DNA of 64,000 bases, taken from contig CM120649.1 in NCBI GenBank assembly GCA_051362555.1, positions 12,524,001 to 12,588,000 on the forward strand. Reading direction: 5' to 3'. The notes below the pieces were generated by a model. The model saw nothing but the letters and a program-made list of their open reading frames with translations, had not been told where the DNA came from and ran no database searches. Shown here one piece after another: positions 1 to 14,509 of this stretch. The position numbers and the translations under genes are program-made. Every line of letters begins with the position of its first letter. The first letter of the stretch is position 1. The stretch is from Lingula anatina (lineage: Eukaryota; Animalia; Brachiopoda).

Positions 1-306
1 AAAAAATCACCCGTAGGATTATCGAGATAGAAAAGTCTTAAAGGTGGGGGTGATGTCTGACATTACCATTCTTACGTTGATTTCTGATGTTGACTGGGAG
101 CACGTATATTCTTACTTGTATCAGGTCCATGCATGGTAGCCCCTACTAGTTATTATATTTAGAGCCAGTTGCATTTGCCTGTACATCATCGACATTATCT
201 GAATTATCTATTATCACTCTCTGATAAACAATTCCATATTCGCCGAAAATCATATCAGTTTGAGGTGGGCGATAATGTTGGCAATGAAATGCACCGTTAA
301 GCATGA

Positions 307-347
<41 letters not shown>

Positions 348-402
348 GTTTCAGATGTAGAACCTATCGGAACGCTAGGAAGCTAGTCCGCTCCCCATCA
401 CT
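1..402. repeat. Dispersed direct repeat copy A (homologous to 9455-10102, with an internal deletion)
   Basis: Alignable by eye with 9455-9842 from aaaatcacccgta through the (CA)n tract to gagtttcagatgtagaacctat. It then resumes at cgctaggaag...gtccgctccccatcact, matching about 10074-10102. Confidence 0.9.
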
Positions 403-998
403 ACATCTGAGGAATGAGGCTATATATGTGAATGGCCTCTATTCTCACCACCTTAATAGCCTCATTTTCTCATTGTCTCACCACCAGGATAGCCTCATTA
501 CCTGATGAAGACATTCTCCTAGATATCGAAATAATGGATGAAAAAACTTTTTCAATATTAAGCTGTTGACTAAAGAAAAATTTCTTCATTCTTATGACAC
601 AACACAGCTGATGAAATTCTTCTCTGTCCATTAAGGAAATTTACACCAGAAAGTTCTTATAATGTAGTTCTCATATTTCAGCTAAATTTTTTTGTATTGT
701 TACCAACTGTCATGTTCTTATATATTTTGTGCATTTGTACGTATACAATATCATTAAACGCCCAAGCGCGTATTATTTATTTAATGCACTGACAACAAAT
801 TTTTCTTCGTGGTTAGATCACCAAGGTGACATTGAAGAAAATTACTTAAGTCGCTGTTTCCCTAGCTGTGACATAATCGGGCTCTTTCGTATCTCGAGAT
901 TGGTAAGAGAAGTGATCCACGGGACGTTACTTGTGAAGATAAAATACATTTCTCAAGGCCTACAAACGTGGAACTGACATTTTGGGTGAAGAACTGCA

Positions 999-1925
999 AT
1001 GATGAAATTGCCTTTGCTTTTCGCCTTCGTGCTTCTTTCGCTCATCGCGTCAGAGATGGTGTGCGCCAATGAAACTGAGGAAAAGCTGGGAAAAAATCCG
1101 AAGAACATGAAAAGAGATACCATCGATGAAATTTATACGGCGATAAGGCAGGACGGACTACTCTTCGAGGAGGAGGGCAACGGTAAGTATAAAAGATTTG
1201 ATACTGAAATGAAACTTGTATCTCACTCAGGTATGTAGTGAAAGGGGGGGGGGGCGGCCAAACGAACCACTCTTTTGTCGGATAAAAGGTCCGCTGTGGA
1301 TAAAATTTGATATGGGTACACGAAGGTTTCATGGTAAAAGGTTCACTTTTTCAAAAAAAAAAAAAAAAAAGAATTCCCCCTTTGAAATTGCTTGGTATTG
1401 TTTCTAGTCTCATTCAAACTACGACAAAATCTGTCATACTTGAGAAATGTAAGGTTCCCCTCTGTCTGGTATATTTCTCATCATCTCGTTGTTCCTGTTA
1501 CAAAAGTTATATTTGTGTGAATTAAATCGAGGAGTTTCCGAAAAAAAAAAACTCGCCTACGTGGAAGTTGACTTATTGAACCATAAAGAAAGGATGTCTC
1601 TGTGACAAAGTTGTAAGGCTGTGTTTTATAGAGAGATTAATCCAGATTTAACAGTCTGGGATACGCACAATAAAGTTAAAGGAGTTGAAAAGAATCGTTG
1701 CAACTCGGAACGGCAGTAGGGCTGCTGGGCCCGAGTCCCTTTAGACGGTCTGGAATGTATCTGTGGTGTTATTCAAAAAGCGAAACATCTTTTGTGTTTT
1801 TGCCCCATCACACCGTGTATACACGAGGAGAACTGCGTTAGTTTTCAGGTCGGTAGAAGATCTTTGGAACCGTAAGGCCACGTGTGTTGTTTGCCACGTA
1901 GTATATGTATTGAACAACTTGTTTT

Positions 1926-1987
<62 letters not shown>

Positions 1988-4900
1988 CAAAAATCCACGA
2001 CTGTCTCAATTTTGATTTAATTTTTAATGTCTTTACATTAGGCAAGGAGCCTAAATTGTAACGTATGTTCTGGTTAACGTATGTGATTTATTTTTAATTT
2101 TTATATTGCGTTCAGTCAGGGTAAATTATATATGACGTAAGATTGTTTTATAAATATTTAAACTGTTACTCAGTGGACTTTACTTCATGGCAAATACTAT
2201 GCAATGTATGTTCCCCAGATAAATTGTCAGAAAGTTTCATCTTATCCTAGTACTTGGTGCAATAGGAAACAGGGTTTTCTGTTGCTGACCGAAAATTTAT
2301 TCCATGATAGTTTGACATTTCTGATACAATATCTGGACCACGAGCGGAAAATAGTTTATCTAATGCTTATTTTACTGTCAGTAGGGTGTAGTGAGCTTCC
2401 CTTAACTATGTATGGAAGTGCGTTGATTTGTACATTTTTATCCATAGATAGTTAACGCGTGTTTAAGCCTATTTTTGCCTTTCATGTCATGAAATATTCT
2501 CTAGACCCAAAATGTGATAGCGTTCTCTTTTTCTGGGTGTTTTTCTTCGGTTGGCGACCAGAACCTGGCAATCTTGCCCATGTGCCCGTATGGTTTTGAA
2601 GTTGTCTGGCTCTCTGAATGGTTCTTATGAAAAAAGCCTATCTTCTGGTAATTTTGCGAGCCAAAACTCTCTCCTGTCAACTGTGTATTCAAAATTCTAC
2701 CCCCTGTCTTGGAAACCAAATTTTTTTATAAAATCATAAGAGGTGTTGAAACATTTCACTGGTCACGCTAGAAAGGTCAACACACTGCTACTCACCTCCC
2801 CAATTTACACTATGGCCGGTTGCCCAATAATCACGAAAAGTACTATTGAACTTAAGTCTATATGTACCCTTATAACAATGAATATTAATGTGATATATAT
2901 GACACTTTTTTGGTACGGAAGTAAGAAATTGTTTATCAGAGATTCATCATATTTATAGTGCATTGCATGTGTTGCTAATATTTCATATCATATTTCTGTC
3001 ATAATGGAAATTTAATGCCTGAAATGAATTTTTCATTTGTCCAGCCCTTCATTGAATAACCAACTGTCAAACTTACCAATTTCATAACAAGTATTAAAAA
3101 TATTTAATTTAGTAATGCTATGTGACATGAATGTAATTTAATTTATTTTAGCTAAGTAGGTCGGTTAAAACTGCCTCTTATAATTTTATAATCAGTTTGC
3201 AGGTCAAGTTAATAAGCGTGAGTATAGTCCCACAAGGTTTCTCAATAAAATTAGAAGCCATATTTTTCATTCATTATCATCATCATCAAGTGTCAGGCCA
3301 GGTGAAGGCATCAACGATCTCGGTCCTCCAGTTAACTCTATTTTCAGTCGATTGGATGAGCTCGTTATTGTACAGTTGTTGATTCGTTGCGTAGGCATCA
3401 AGCCTATCAATGTATGATGTTCTTTGTCTTCCTCTAATTCTTCTTTTTTCAATTTTTCCACAGAGTACCAGTTTTTCTACTCCGTCTTTTCTGTCCAGGA
3501 TATCCTTTCTCTCCAGGATATCCTTTCTGTCCAGGATATCTTTTCTGTCCAGGATATTCTCAACATATCTTCGTAGTTACCACATTCCGATAGCTTCCGG
3601 TTTCTTCTTAGTTTTGTTCGAGATATTCCAGCATTCACAATCATACAAGAGTGCTGACCACACATAGGGTTTCAGTGTTCTTATTTTTGTGTTGACGGAG
3701 ATGGATTTTGTTTAAAAAGTGTTAAAAATTATATTAAGAAATGGTTCTGTACAATTGACCTTGTTCAATCGGTTCAAATTATCACCATTTGTCCAGAAGC
3801 CACTGAGCGCGCTTTCTGGAAGTCGTCTTTATCATAAGTATAATTGAATTATAGTGATTGCTCAAGTAACCCTCCTGGGAAACCAATTTACTATCTAATT
3901 GCACAGGCCCGTAGCCAGGAGGGGTCGAAAGACCAGACCCCTTTTCCGAGAAAAGGTCCATTCTGGGTAAAATTTGATCTAGGTACACGATCTAGGTATA
4001 TATAAGCACCCCGAGTTTCTGTTGTAGAACCTATTACAAAGCCTCATATGCATTTACCAATTGATGGGTGTATGATAGATAGGTGGAGGAGAGTCCTCTG
4101 AAAATTCATATATATATCACTTTGCATTTCCAGTGCCGCTGATGTTTGCTCCGGAAAATACTGTCGTTCCCAATCAGTACATTGTAAAAATGCAACCTAG
4201 TGGCGATTACAACCAAAGTAGGTGTACCACCTTGAAATATATATATATATATATATAAACAATTCAGTGCAATTAATTAAGTTTTATACCAATACAGCAG
4301 GAGTCTTATATAGTTTAATACATTATCACCGGAAATCGGTTAAAAAGTATCTTTCCCTCATATGTGATATATATTTTACGTACCCATTTTACAGTTACAA
4401 TGTACAGTTTTGCACTCCTTACAGTTCTCAGCACCCTGGGTGGAAGAGGCTCCCCAAAAAGACTGGATATCAGTGAGGGCATCACCTACGTTATACTTAA
4501 GGATATAAATGACAGGTATTGGTATTTCTTTCTTTCACTCATGCCTTTTCCATTAAGAACTTTGCTTCAGACAATAACGATCGTTTAATTTTGATATAAG
4601 ATTCATCATTCGAATTTTGATTTTTACCTTATATTTCTTACAATTGTAATTATATTTTATTAATAATTTTATCTACTGTCATTATGCAGGTACCGTACTG
4701 TAGTGCAAGTTTTCTAAGATGTATGTTTAAAATTCACATGTATATCAAATATGCATATTTAGTCCGGACTTATGCCATTTATTATCGTCGCTGAAGTGCT
4801 TTTGATTTTCACTAGTGACCTTCAAGAGCTTCGCAAACTTACTGACCACATTGCTGAAATTGAAGAAGATACAAAAGTGTCGTTAGATACATACCATCGT

Positions 4901-7900
4901 GAAGGGCCTTTCGATGCCAGTTTAACATGGGTAAATATCACTGGGTCTGTGCAGGTGTATGTTACAGTTTCTATGCGTGAGTGTGTCGATGAGATAACAA
5001 ATAATGTTTCATGGCTTCTTTTCTGAGTACGCTACACTGTTCGCTACACTGAACGCTCTGCAGTCTCTCTCCTGATAGCAAGTGGCCATTTTTATCAAAG
5101 TTGTGTCTTTAAAAAAGATATAAGACCACTGACCTCCGCCAAGGAAAAAAGATCATTCACATGGGTGATTGCAAGCTATATATCTGTTCATCAGAACCTC
5201 AATTTCCATCCTTGCATAACTCTGGGGTCATTGGGAGCACGAGAATTGTACTCTTTTTGATGTATTTCACCCTAAAAAATCATAATTATTACTTTCAACA
5301 ATTGCTAAAGGTATTTTATTGCAAAATAGTGAAAGCAGAAACGGAATTCAATACAGGATGTCAAAAAGTTCAATAACAAAATCGAATGCACAAGTACATT
5401 CACAAATGACACTTTGACAACACCTTTCTTTTGGCACAAAAAGGTAAATCTACATTTCTGTTCACGAATGCAACAAATTGCCACACATGACATCTCTTTT
5501 TTCTACATTGGTTATCTGGAACACTTTTCAAACGACCATCTTGCGTGAAATGTAGCTCAAGATAAACGTGGAATTTACACTTCCTTCATTACTTCTTTAA
5601 CTCAATATCACATATTCTTGCAGGGGCTTTATCACTCACCTCTCCGTTGGTGACAGTTTTGGATTGTTTTTTTTTTCATGAGTCCCTTGAGATTAGGCTT
5701 TCCTTGGGGTTGACTGATTCTAATTATTTTTCACATTGTAATTTCTGCTAAATGTATCAACTCCTAGAACATTAGAATGAAGAAGTTAAAACTGAGGCAA
5801 ATGATATATTATCATCAAGAATGTATGGTACTTTGGAATTTTAGTGTGCTTCTGAGTTTTTCCAGTGTCTCTGGGTTTGGACAATTTCAATATTCTACAT
5901 CGTAACTTCAGCTACCACTCCTTCGGTCATTTGAGTAAAGAAGTAAAAGCTTTTTGGGGATTGATAGACCATGGCCATAATTTATGTGGGGCTACTCCGG
6001 AGGGGGGGGGGGGGGGGGGGCTAGGAAGGGGGTGGATTTACATTAAGCATTTTACCGACACGTTTTATAGTGTTATTATGAAAATTATTTGCAACTATTT
6101 TACAAACAGGACTCATGCATTGTCATGAAGGGAATGACGTCCCTGAAAGTGAGCTTTTTACGATGTGGGGAAGTGCGGGGATATGCGATGCCAACCCATC
6201 GACACCATCTTGTTTGAAATTGTTATCACACCTTTCTCTCCGAGTTAAGCAATTTTTTCATCAAGAGTTGAGAAGAACCTGTCTACTAATAGCAAGTTAG
6301 CAAACGGACATAAACTCCTGAGTTGCAGTATGAAAAATGAATTTTGATATTTCGTTTCTTTTATTTTATATAGGGTGTAGACAGAATAGACTACGAGAAG
6401 AATGATGACCTTTTCTTTACCTGGGGGGTGGGCACTGGGACAGACGCCTACGTCGTTGACACCGGAATTAACCCTGATCATGTGGACTTCGGGGGAAGAG
6501 TGTCTGCAGGTAAAGGACATTATGAGAGCATGAGAGAGAGAGAGAGAGACAGAGAGAGAGTAAACGTGTGTTGGGAAAAACTGTGTGAGAGACACAGAGA
6601 GAGAGAGGGGGTAAGGATAATAATAATAATAATAAAAATAATGATAATAATCTTTATTTACAAAGGGTAAAACTTGTTAAGTGTATACACTTATCTTACA
6701 CATTGCCCTCTGAAGGGTTAAAAAAAAGAATTAATCAAATTAAAATTATATTGAAATAAATTGAATCAAATCAAAATAGTAATAGTAATTAGAATAAAGC
6801 AAAAAAGGAATGTGTTAGTAAAAATCTTTATTAATCTGGACCTTTAGTTAGTATATCTTTATGTCTACCAATTGGTAAATAGAGATTTCCTTTATTACTT
6901 GAGCTAGTGATTCTGCCAGTAATGTCTATGGTTGTAGTATGCAGTAAGTCCTAAAATGGTGAAAGTTCATTTAACGATTTAAAAACTAACGTTGCTTTCT
7001 GAAATTCTATCCGTTCATAAATTATTTTCTAGTTCAGTTTCTTGAATAGTTCAATTGATGGATGGTTCTTGGCTTCCTCTTGTGTGATATCGATAATGAT
7101 TCTTGCGCCAGGGTTTTGAAGTAAGCACTAGACAGAAATCAGAAAAAAGGGTTTTTCTCATCAAAGTTCTGTGAATTGTATTTCAGGGTGGCACGCAGGT
7201 TCTTTTGCCGATAGTAGAGACGATATGGGGCATGGTACCCATGTGGCCAGTACCTTAGGTGGCGCCACCTATGGAGTAGCCAAGGATGTAAACCTCATCC
7301 CCGTCAAGGTATGCAGCTACTACCGTTGTATGGAGTCTGAGATCCTGGAAGGGCTAAACTGGGTAAAGACACAGGTTCAACTATACAAGCGTCTGTCAGT
7401 AATAAATATGTCCCTCGGTGGTCCGAAACGCCCGTCTTTCAATAACGTTGTGAACGCGGTAATCGATGCAGGCATCCCAACAGTAGTCAGCGCTGGAAAT
7501 AACTTCGGGGGCGATGCTTGTGCCAGATCCCCTGCAAGCGTAGGCAGGGCCCTCACGGTTGGAGCCACCCAGATACACGATTACGTGGCTGGATTTAGTG
7601 ACATCGGACCGTGCGTCGATATTTACGCGCCAGGGGAGAACATCAAGGCCGCTTACCACGGAAACAACTACAGTTCGACCCTGAAAAGTGGGACCTCAAT
7701 GTCAGCACCTCACGTCGCCGGTGCTGTCGCGGGCATGCTGCAGGTCGTTCGCGATGCTGGGTACTACACGGAACCGTCGCAAGACGTTGTGGACCACATA
7801 AACCATTACATCATCAAGTACGCAGAGAAGGGTACCGTGCTTGGACTCCCGGTGTTGAACAACCACAACGTTATGCTTCAGACGACCGGTCTGTTTACTG

Positions 7901-7911
7901 TGGCGCCTTAA
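999..7911 (+). CDS. Secreted subtilisin-like serine protease, family S8A proteinase K/aqualysin/PCSK9-type (signal peptide + I9 propeptide + catalytic domain), 6 exons, 444 aa
   Basis: Exons 999-1182, 4134-4217, 4425-4515, 4816-4930, 6374-6509 and 7187-7911 are all GT-AG with compatible phases (1335 nt). Signal peptide MMKLPLLFAFVLLSLIASEMVCA. I9 motifs VPNQYIVKM and IAEIEED. Mature region W-GVDRID, catalytic Asp in YVVDTG, His in GHGTHVA, oxyanion region VVSAGN, Ser in SGTSMSAPHVAG. Confidence 0.95.
1228..1395. mobile_element. Degenerate copy of the CAGGCCCGTAGCCAG MITE family
   Basis: G-run followed by aaaaggtcc...taaaatttgat...gtac...ggtaaaa...cactttttca, the reverse complement of the internal sequence of the intact copy at 25911-26060. 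Confidence 0.6.
2501..2720 (-). mobile_element. Tc1/mariner transposase N-terminal (HTH-GRPR) relic
   Basis: Minus-strand translation ARKITRR*AFFIRTIQRARQLQNHTGTWARLPGSGRQPKKNTQKRERYHI resembles the Tc1 TG..DRPRSGRPRKTT...DR.I motif and contains an in-frame stop. Possible decayed TIRs near 2181 and 2900-2922. Confidence 0.6.
3267..3725 (-). mobile_element. 5'-truncated RTE-clade LINE 3' end
   Basis: Frameshifted minus-strand peptides ISVNTKIRTLKPYVWSALLYDCECWNIS, MLRISWTEK and GKIEKRRIRGRQRTSYID...NRVNWR, followed by a (TGA)n-type tail. Typical of the RTE RT C-terminus. Confidence 0.85.
3904..3990. mobile_element. Truncated CAGGCCCGTAGCCAG MITE
   Basis: Starts with the same terminal sequence as 25911-26060 and shares internal sequence with it. 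Confidence 0.75.
6620..7130 (-). mobile_element. L2/Crack(CR1-group) LINE 3' fragment in protease intron 5
   Basis: Minus-strand translation LQNPGARIIID...HPSIELFKKLN*KIIYERIEFQKATLVFKSLNELSP matches the CR1/L2 RT C-terminal pattern. The 3' end gagggc...ccctt.taaataaag is followed by an (ATT)n tail. Confidence 0.75.
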
Positions 7912-9454
7912 TAATGTTTGCCCGAAAATACACCCTTGCTTAAAATGATGGAGTATCCCCAACAAAACATTACATCTTCGTTTTAAATATGTAAAAACTC
8001 AGTCGCAAGTGGTTCACTGTAATTGCATCTTCTTCCTTCAAGTTACATTATATTTGAGAATTTTTTAACCCTTTGGGTTCTTAAAGACGATTAGTTATAT
8101 ATTTAATAAATTATCGGCAATCAATAGGGAAGAGCAATTGTATTGTTGAAAAAACATTCATTGGAGAGTCATTCAAAAGTAGACTTAGACCAAATATTTC
8201 ATCTCAGAATGTATTGCCGTCGTGAACGTGGAGGGCGCCATTTATTCCTCTAGATACTAGCTCAACTAGTTTGTTGATGCATCTCTGACTGAGATGAGCA
8301 TCCCGACGCCAAGAGGATGCATCGATGTCCTTTTCTCGCCCGCGCCCCGAAGGTCAAATTCTCTAAAAGTGACCAAAGTCACCCTCAGGCTTAAGGACGA
8401 GGCATTCCCAATCTTTTAATATGCTGGACAAAACTGACTTGCAGCCGCGAAGGCCAGTGACTGGCCGGCCATTCTGCTCTGGTGTGTTATACAGGGTCCG
8501 CAACTTGAACCCACATGTTGTACGCTCCTCGAGGAATTTTGACTTTCTTTACTTAAAGAACGTTTATCGGTCATTTCACATAATACTTTGAAACAAAAAA
8601 TTGTCTCTTATTTTTGAAATATTCCATCATTTTAGCAAGAGTGTGTGTGCGTTGCTTTGAATTTACAGTGGTTTCCAATAGAACTGCACCAACGGAATTA
8701 TGGATGGAAACAATTTCCACAGCAATGACTGTTCAGAATCAAAAACGAACTTGTAATATTTTTTTTTAGATTCAAGATAAGGTATAAAACGATATAAAAA
8801 AAGACACTTGAGCTTTTGGATACCGTAAATGGAGTGTCGTCTTTGAAAGCACGATTTTCCACAGTGGCATGGAAAAATACAGTACATTTCGGACGCAGAA
8901 CAATGTTAAAGATGCAGGTGTGCTTAAATTTTGACAACAGGTACTTAAATATATGATATTAATGATGTAAAAAAGGTTGCACGTGAGCTATCATTCACCA
9001 ATTTTCACAGTTGGCGCAGCAGCCTCTTTACATTTCTTCACATGGACAACTAAAAGGAAGAAATGCTACTCAGAGAAATTTCCCACTTGTAAATTCAGTT
9101 GTGTGCTTTATCTAGCAGGCGAGATGCCCTCTTTTTGTCTTGTAATTCCACTGCTAATAAATTCAAGCATTCAGGCAAAGTTATAATGTTCATATTCTTC
9201 TAAATCGACACTGAATATGCCATTGGTTAACTGCTGTTCAAGTGAAAACAACAAAATATGTTAGATTTATAGTGCATTTCATTTCATAAAGCCTCACACA
9301 ACATCGCCATTCATTATTGATGATTGCACAGCTGATATAAAGGAGACGCAGTTAATCGGTTACAAGTCTGATTTGTTGCATGAATCCTGGAGAGTTTGGA
9401 GGCGTTTGTCTAATATTTTGGGGATGATTTAACAAACAAATGGAACCAGAAAGA

Positions 9455-9768
9455 AAAAAAAAATCACCCGTAAGATTATCTAGATAGAAAAGTTTTAAAG
9501 GAGGGGGTGGGGGGATGTCTGACATTACCATTCTTGCGTTGATTTCTAATGTTGACTGGGAACTCGTATATTCTTACTTGTATCAGGTCAATGCATGATA
9601 GCCCCTACGAGTTATTATATTCACAGCCAGTTGCATTTGCCTGTACATCATCGACTTTATCTGATTTATCTATTTTCACTCTCTGATAAACAATTCCATA
9701 TTCGCCGAAAATCATATCAGTTTGAGGTGGGCGATAATGGTGGCAATGACATGCATCGTATAGCATAA

Positions 9769-9814
<46 letters not shown>

Positions 9815-10102
9815 CACCCCGAGTTTCAGATGTAGAACCTATTTGTTCTATGCTTAACAAAGCCTAATATGCATTTACCAATTGATGGGTGTTTGTTAGG
9901 TAGAGGAGAGTCCTCTGAAAATTCGGTCGTGTTCCCAGTATAGTTGGGTCGTTACAGTTTGGTGCAACCCATCTCAGCAGGCGGTATGATTTACAGACCA
10001 CAAGAAGGCTATCTACAGGAAACGTGACTTGCATCGCTGAAAATTGCGGCGCCGGTGTCAGGAATGATATTCCGCTAGGAAGAGTAGTCCGCTCCCCATC
10101 AC
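9455..10102. repeat. Dispersed direct repeat copy B; possibly relic exons of an unidentified gene on the minus strand
   Basis: Longer copy of 1-402. Its segment 9812-9925 also recurs at 4005-4107. Minus-strand frames are largely open and end at donor-like sites (ttg|gtaaat, aatg|gtaatg). Confidence 0.85.
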
Positions 10103-10432
10103 TTTGTATATGTGACATTCGTCCCATATAGGCCTACTAACCCCCAAAATCCGACTAACCCTCACCTGTAGGCCTACGAATCATAAGGCGCCTGGATGTC
10201 CATTGCTAGGACTACCATTCCTGCCACACCGGAACAACAGATCGGGGGTCTAGATTTGTCTACCGGTTAAGGAAAATGCTCTCGTATGATACATTTAGAA
10301 CCCCTCAATGGTAATTATTTTAAAAAAGTTCTTTAGAAACTCAGGGTGCTAAACGCATGGTCGGTAGAGGGAGCCACTGCTGCGCACCCTGAGCTTCGGG
10401 GGACACTGGGAACTCGCCTATCTTCTATCAGC

Positions 10433-10693
10433 ATGGGCGTAGTTTTATTAACACTAGAAAGCACTATCCTGTGGATAACACTATCCACTGGATACAATTG
10501 TTATTCTCTGGGCAGTTGTCCTGAGGACTGCCATTTTAGCCACTGGATATCAACATCAAAAACTAAAGTAAGAATCTAGCATTTAGGAAATATTACCTCA
10601 CCCACAGGATAACTAACCAGAGGATAATAATTTCATCCAATGGATAATGTTATCCATAGGATAGAGTTATCGAGTGTTGATGAAACTGGTATA
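10433..10693. mobile_element. Palindromic MITE relic upstream of the LAMP-like gene
   Basis: Imperfect long inverted arms: agttttattaacact...ctatcctgtggataacactatccactggat versus atccaatggataatgttatccataggatag...agtgttgatgaaact. Confidence 0.65.
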
Positions 10694-10864
10694 TGGTATC
10701 TGGGAACGACAGAGGCATGGTGATAGTGGAGAGGTCAGTTTCCCTTGTCCTTTGAAACCCAGGGTGGTACTTTGAAAGTAGGCTGTGAATGGCAACTGGT
10801 CACCATAAGGATTTCAGTACTGAGTACTTTTCATGGAAACGTGAGCTAAGAACCGTTTGTCACT

Positions 10865-12996
<2,132 letters not shown>

Positions 12997-13580
12997 GAAA
13001 GGACAGACACAAGAGCGAGTGTTAAGATGTCACGCTGTGCTGTCTTAAAAATACATATGAAGTCAACTTTTTGCCACAAAAGCCAACCAAATGCCAGCAT
13101 ATAGTTTCAAGTAGTATAACTAAGAGAATTACCAAAAGTCATTGTTTAATTTTTACCTGAAAATGATATTTGAATGGATTTTTCTGCCAGCAATCTATGC
13201 TGTATGTCAATGAGGCAGAAAAGCAGAGCACGAATGTAGGTTAAAAATTTGGCCGAAAATTTGAAGAAAGGAGCAGTCTTAAGCTCTTTTACGGCTGATC
13301 GAGTGATCTATTCAATTTATCCCTTCGCATGTCAAACTTATTCGAGTCGTATAAGAAACTACTAGAAGTGGTTTATATGTGTTACTGGGAATCCAAGCTC
13401 CACCGATGCTCGGTTCGTATGTACCTTTAAGTGATTGTGGGCTGAAATTCACTGTAAGGGCATAAATTGATCCGCGGATTTGTTAGGCTGCGGATTAACT
13501 TTGGTTTTAAATGCGGCCCAACTCCAGACAACGCAGACATGTCAATGACAATGGTGAATAGTAACTTATTGTTGATAGTT

Positions 13581-13625
13581 CAAGCTCCCCGGAGAAAATT
13601 ATTATTATGTTCTCCGGGGAGCTTG
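13581..13625. repeat. Perfect 16-bp inverted repeat (hairpin)
   Basis: caagctccccggagaa / ttctccggggagcttg with a 13-nt AT loop. Confidence 0.9.
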
Positions 13626-14044
13626 CAGATGTAAAAACAGGGGAATGCATATTATTTCTGGTGTATTAAAAAATTTAATACTATCCGACTAATTGTAATT
13701 ACAATTATAGACATTGGGAATTATTGATGGGTTCATTTATCCGTTCGGTTTTTTTACTACAGAGTTAAAAAAAATTGTGTAAGAAGGTGTCGTTTGCTAC
13801 TATCTACTCTAGCACACTGACATTATGTCGAAATCACGACCACAAATTCTCTGACAATTTTTTCTAACTACAGAAAATCAACGGCAATAATTTGATAAAC
13901 TTGTAAACTTGAATTTGGAGACATCCAATTTTACCCCTTTTTAGTACTTCCAGCGACACAGCCAAACGTTTGCCCGTTGCATATGAGCAATATCTGTCGC
14001 AAGTTTTATTTGTAAGTCAGGATCCTATATTCTGTTTTAGTTAT

Positions 14045-14240
14045 ACTTTTGTTACGTTTTCACCTACGTTTGTCTGTTCGTCACCAGCCTTTCTCAAAAA
14101 GTTACGGGTGGATTTTGATGAAAAGTTCAGGATAGGCCACGAATGGGCTATCTTAAAAGTAATTAGGTTTTGATGATGACCCATTGATTCATTAATGATA
14201 ATTATTAGTTGATGACAACTCTCAGCGGAGGTATGCGCTT
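14045..14240 (+). mobile_element. Fragment of a common non-autonomous (Helentron/DINE-like) repeat
   Basis: Contains gttttcacc...gtttgtctgt...tctcaaaaagtta...tggattttgatgaaa and ends gcggaggtatgcgct, a pattern recognised from widespread deuterostome non-autonomous elements. Confidence 0.5.
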
Positions 14241-14258
14241 TAGGGTAAACATTTCTGA

Positions 14259-14432
14259 GACCGCATTCAAAACAGTGGACTAACTAGTCCAAGGGTCAAG
14301 TATGGCCGACCAACTTGAATACTTCCCACGGGGAATCCATTCAGTGTCTATAAGCGGATTAGACGGCAAACTTTGTGGTGGGTCGCCATATTTGACCCTC
14401 GGACTAGTTAGTCCACCGTTCTAAATGCAGCC
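14259..14432. mobile_element. Palindromic MITE, PIF/Harbinger-like
   Basis: Arms gaccgcattcaaaacagtggactaactagtccaagggtcaagtatggc / gccatatttgaccctcggactagttagtccaccgttctaaatgcagcc. Flanks tga/tta resemble a TWA target duplication. Confidence 0.75.
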
Positions 14433-14509
14433 TTATACTGACTTAAACTGTGTCATTTGTCAGATCTTTACATTTTAAACAGATTGACCCCGTGGGTATG
14501 CTATAACAT

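Noticed and set aside
1741-2045. YI/ER/HT/CV-repeat ORFs here and at many other positions
   Set aside because: Translations of (TA)n, (GA)n and (CA)n microsatellites.
7377-7965. Overlapping alternative-frame and antisense ORFs in the protease last exon
   Set aside because: Expected by-products of GC-rich codon usage, with no recognisable motifs.
8330-8545. GC-rich stretch with a B-box-like GGTTCAAG on the minus strand (tRNA or SINE)
   Set aside because: No cloverleaf or clear A box could be built, and there is no second copy in the window.
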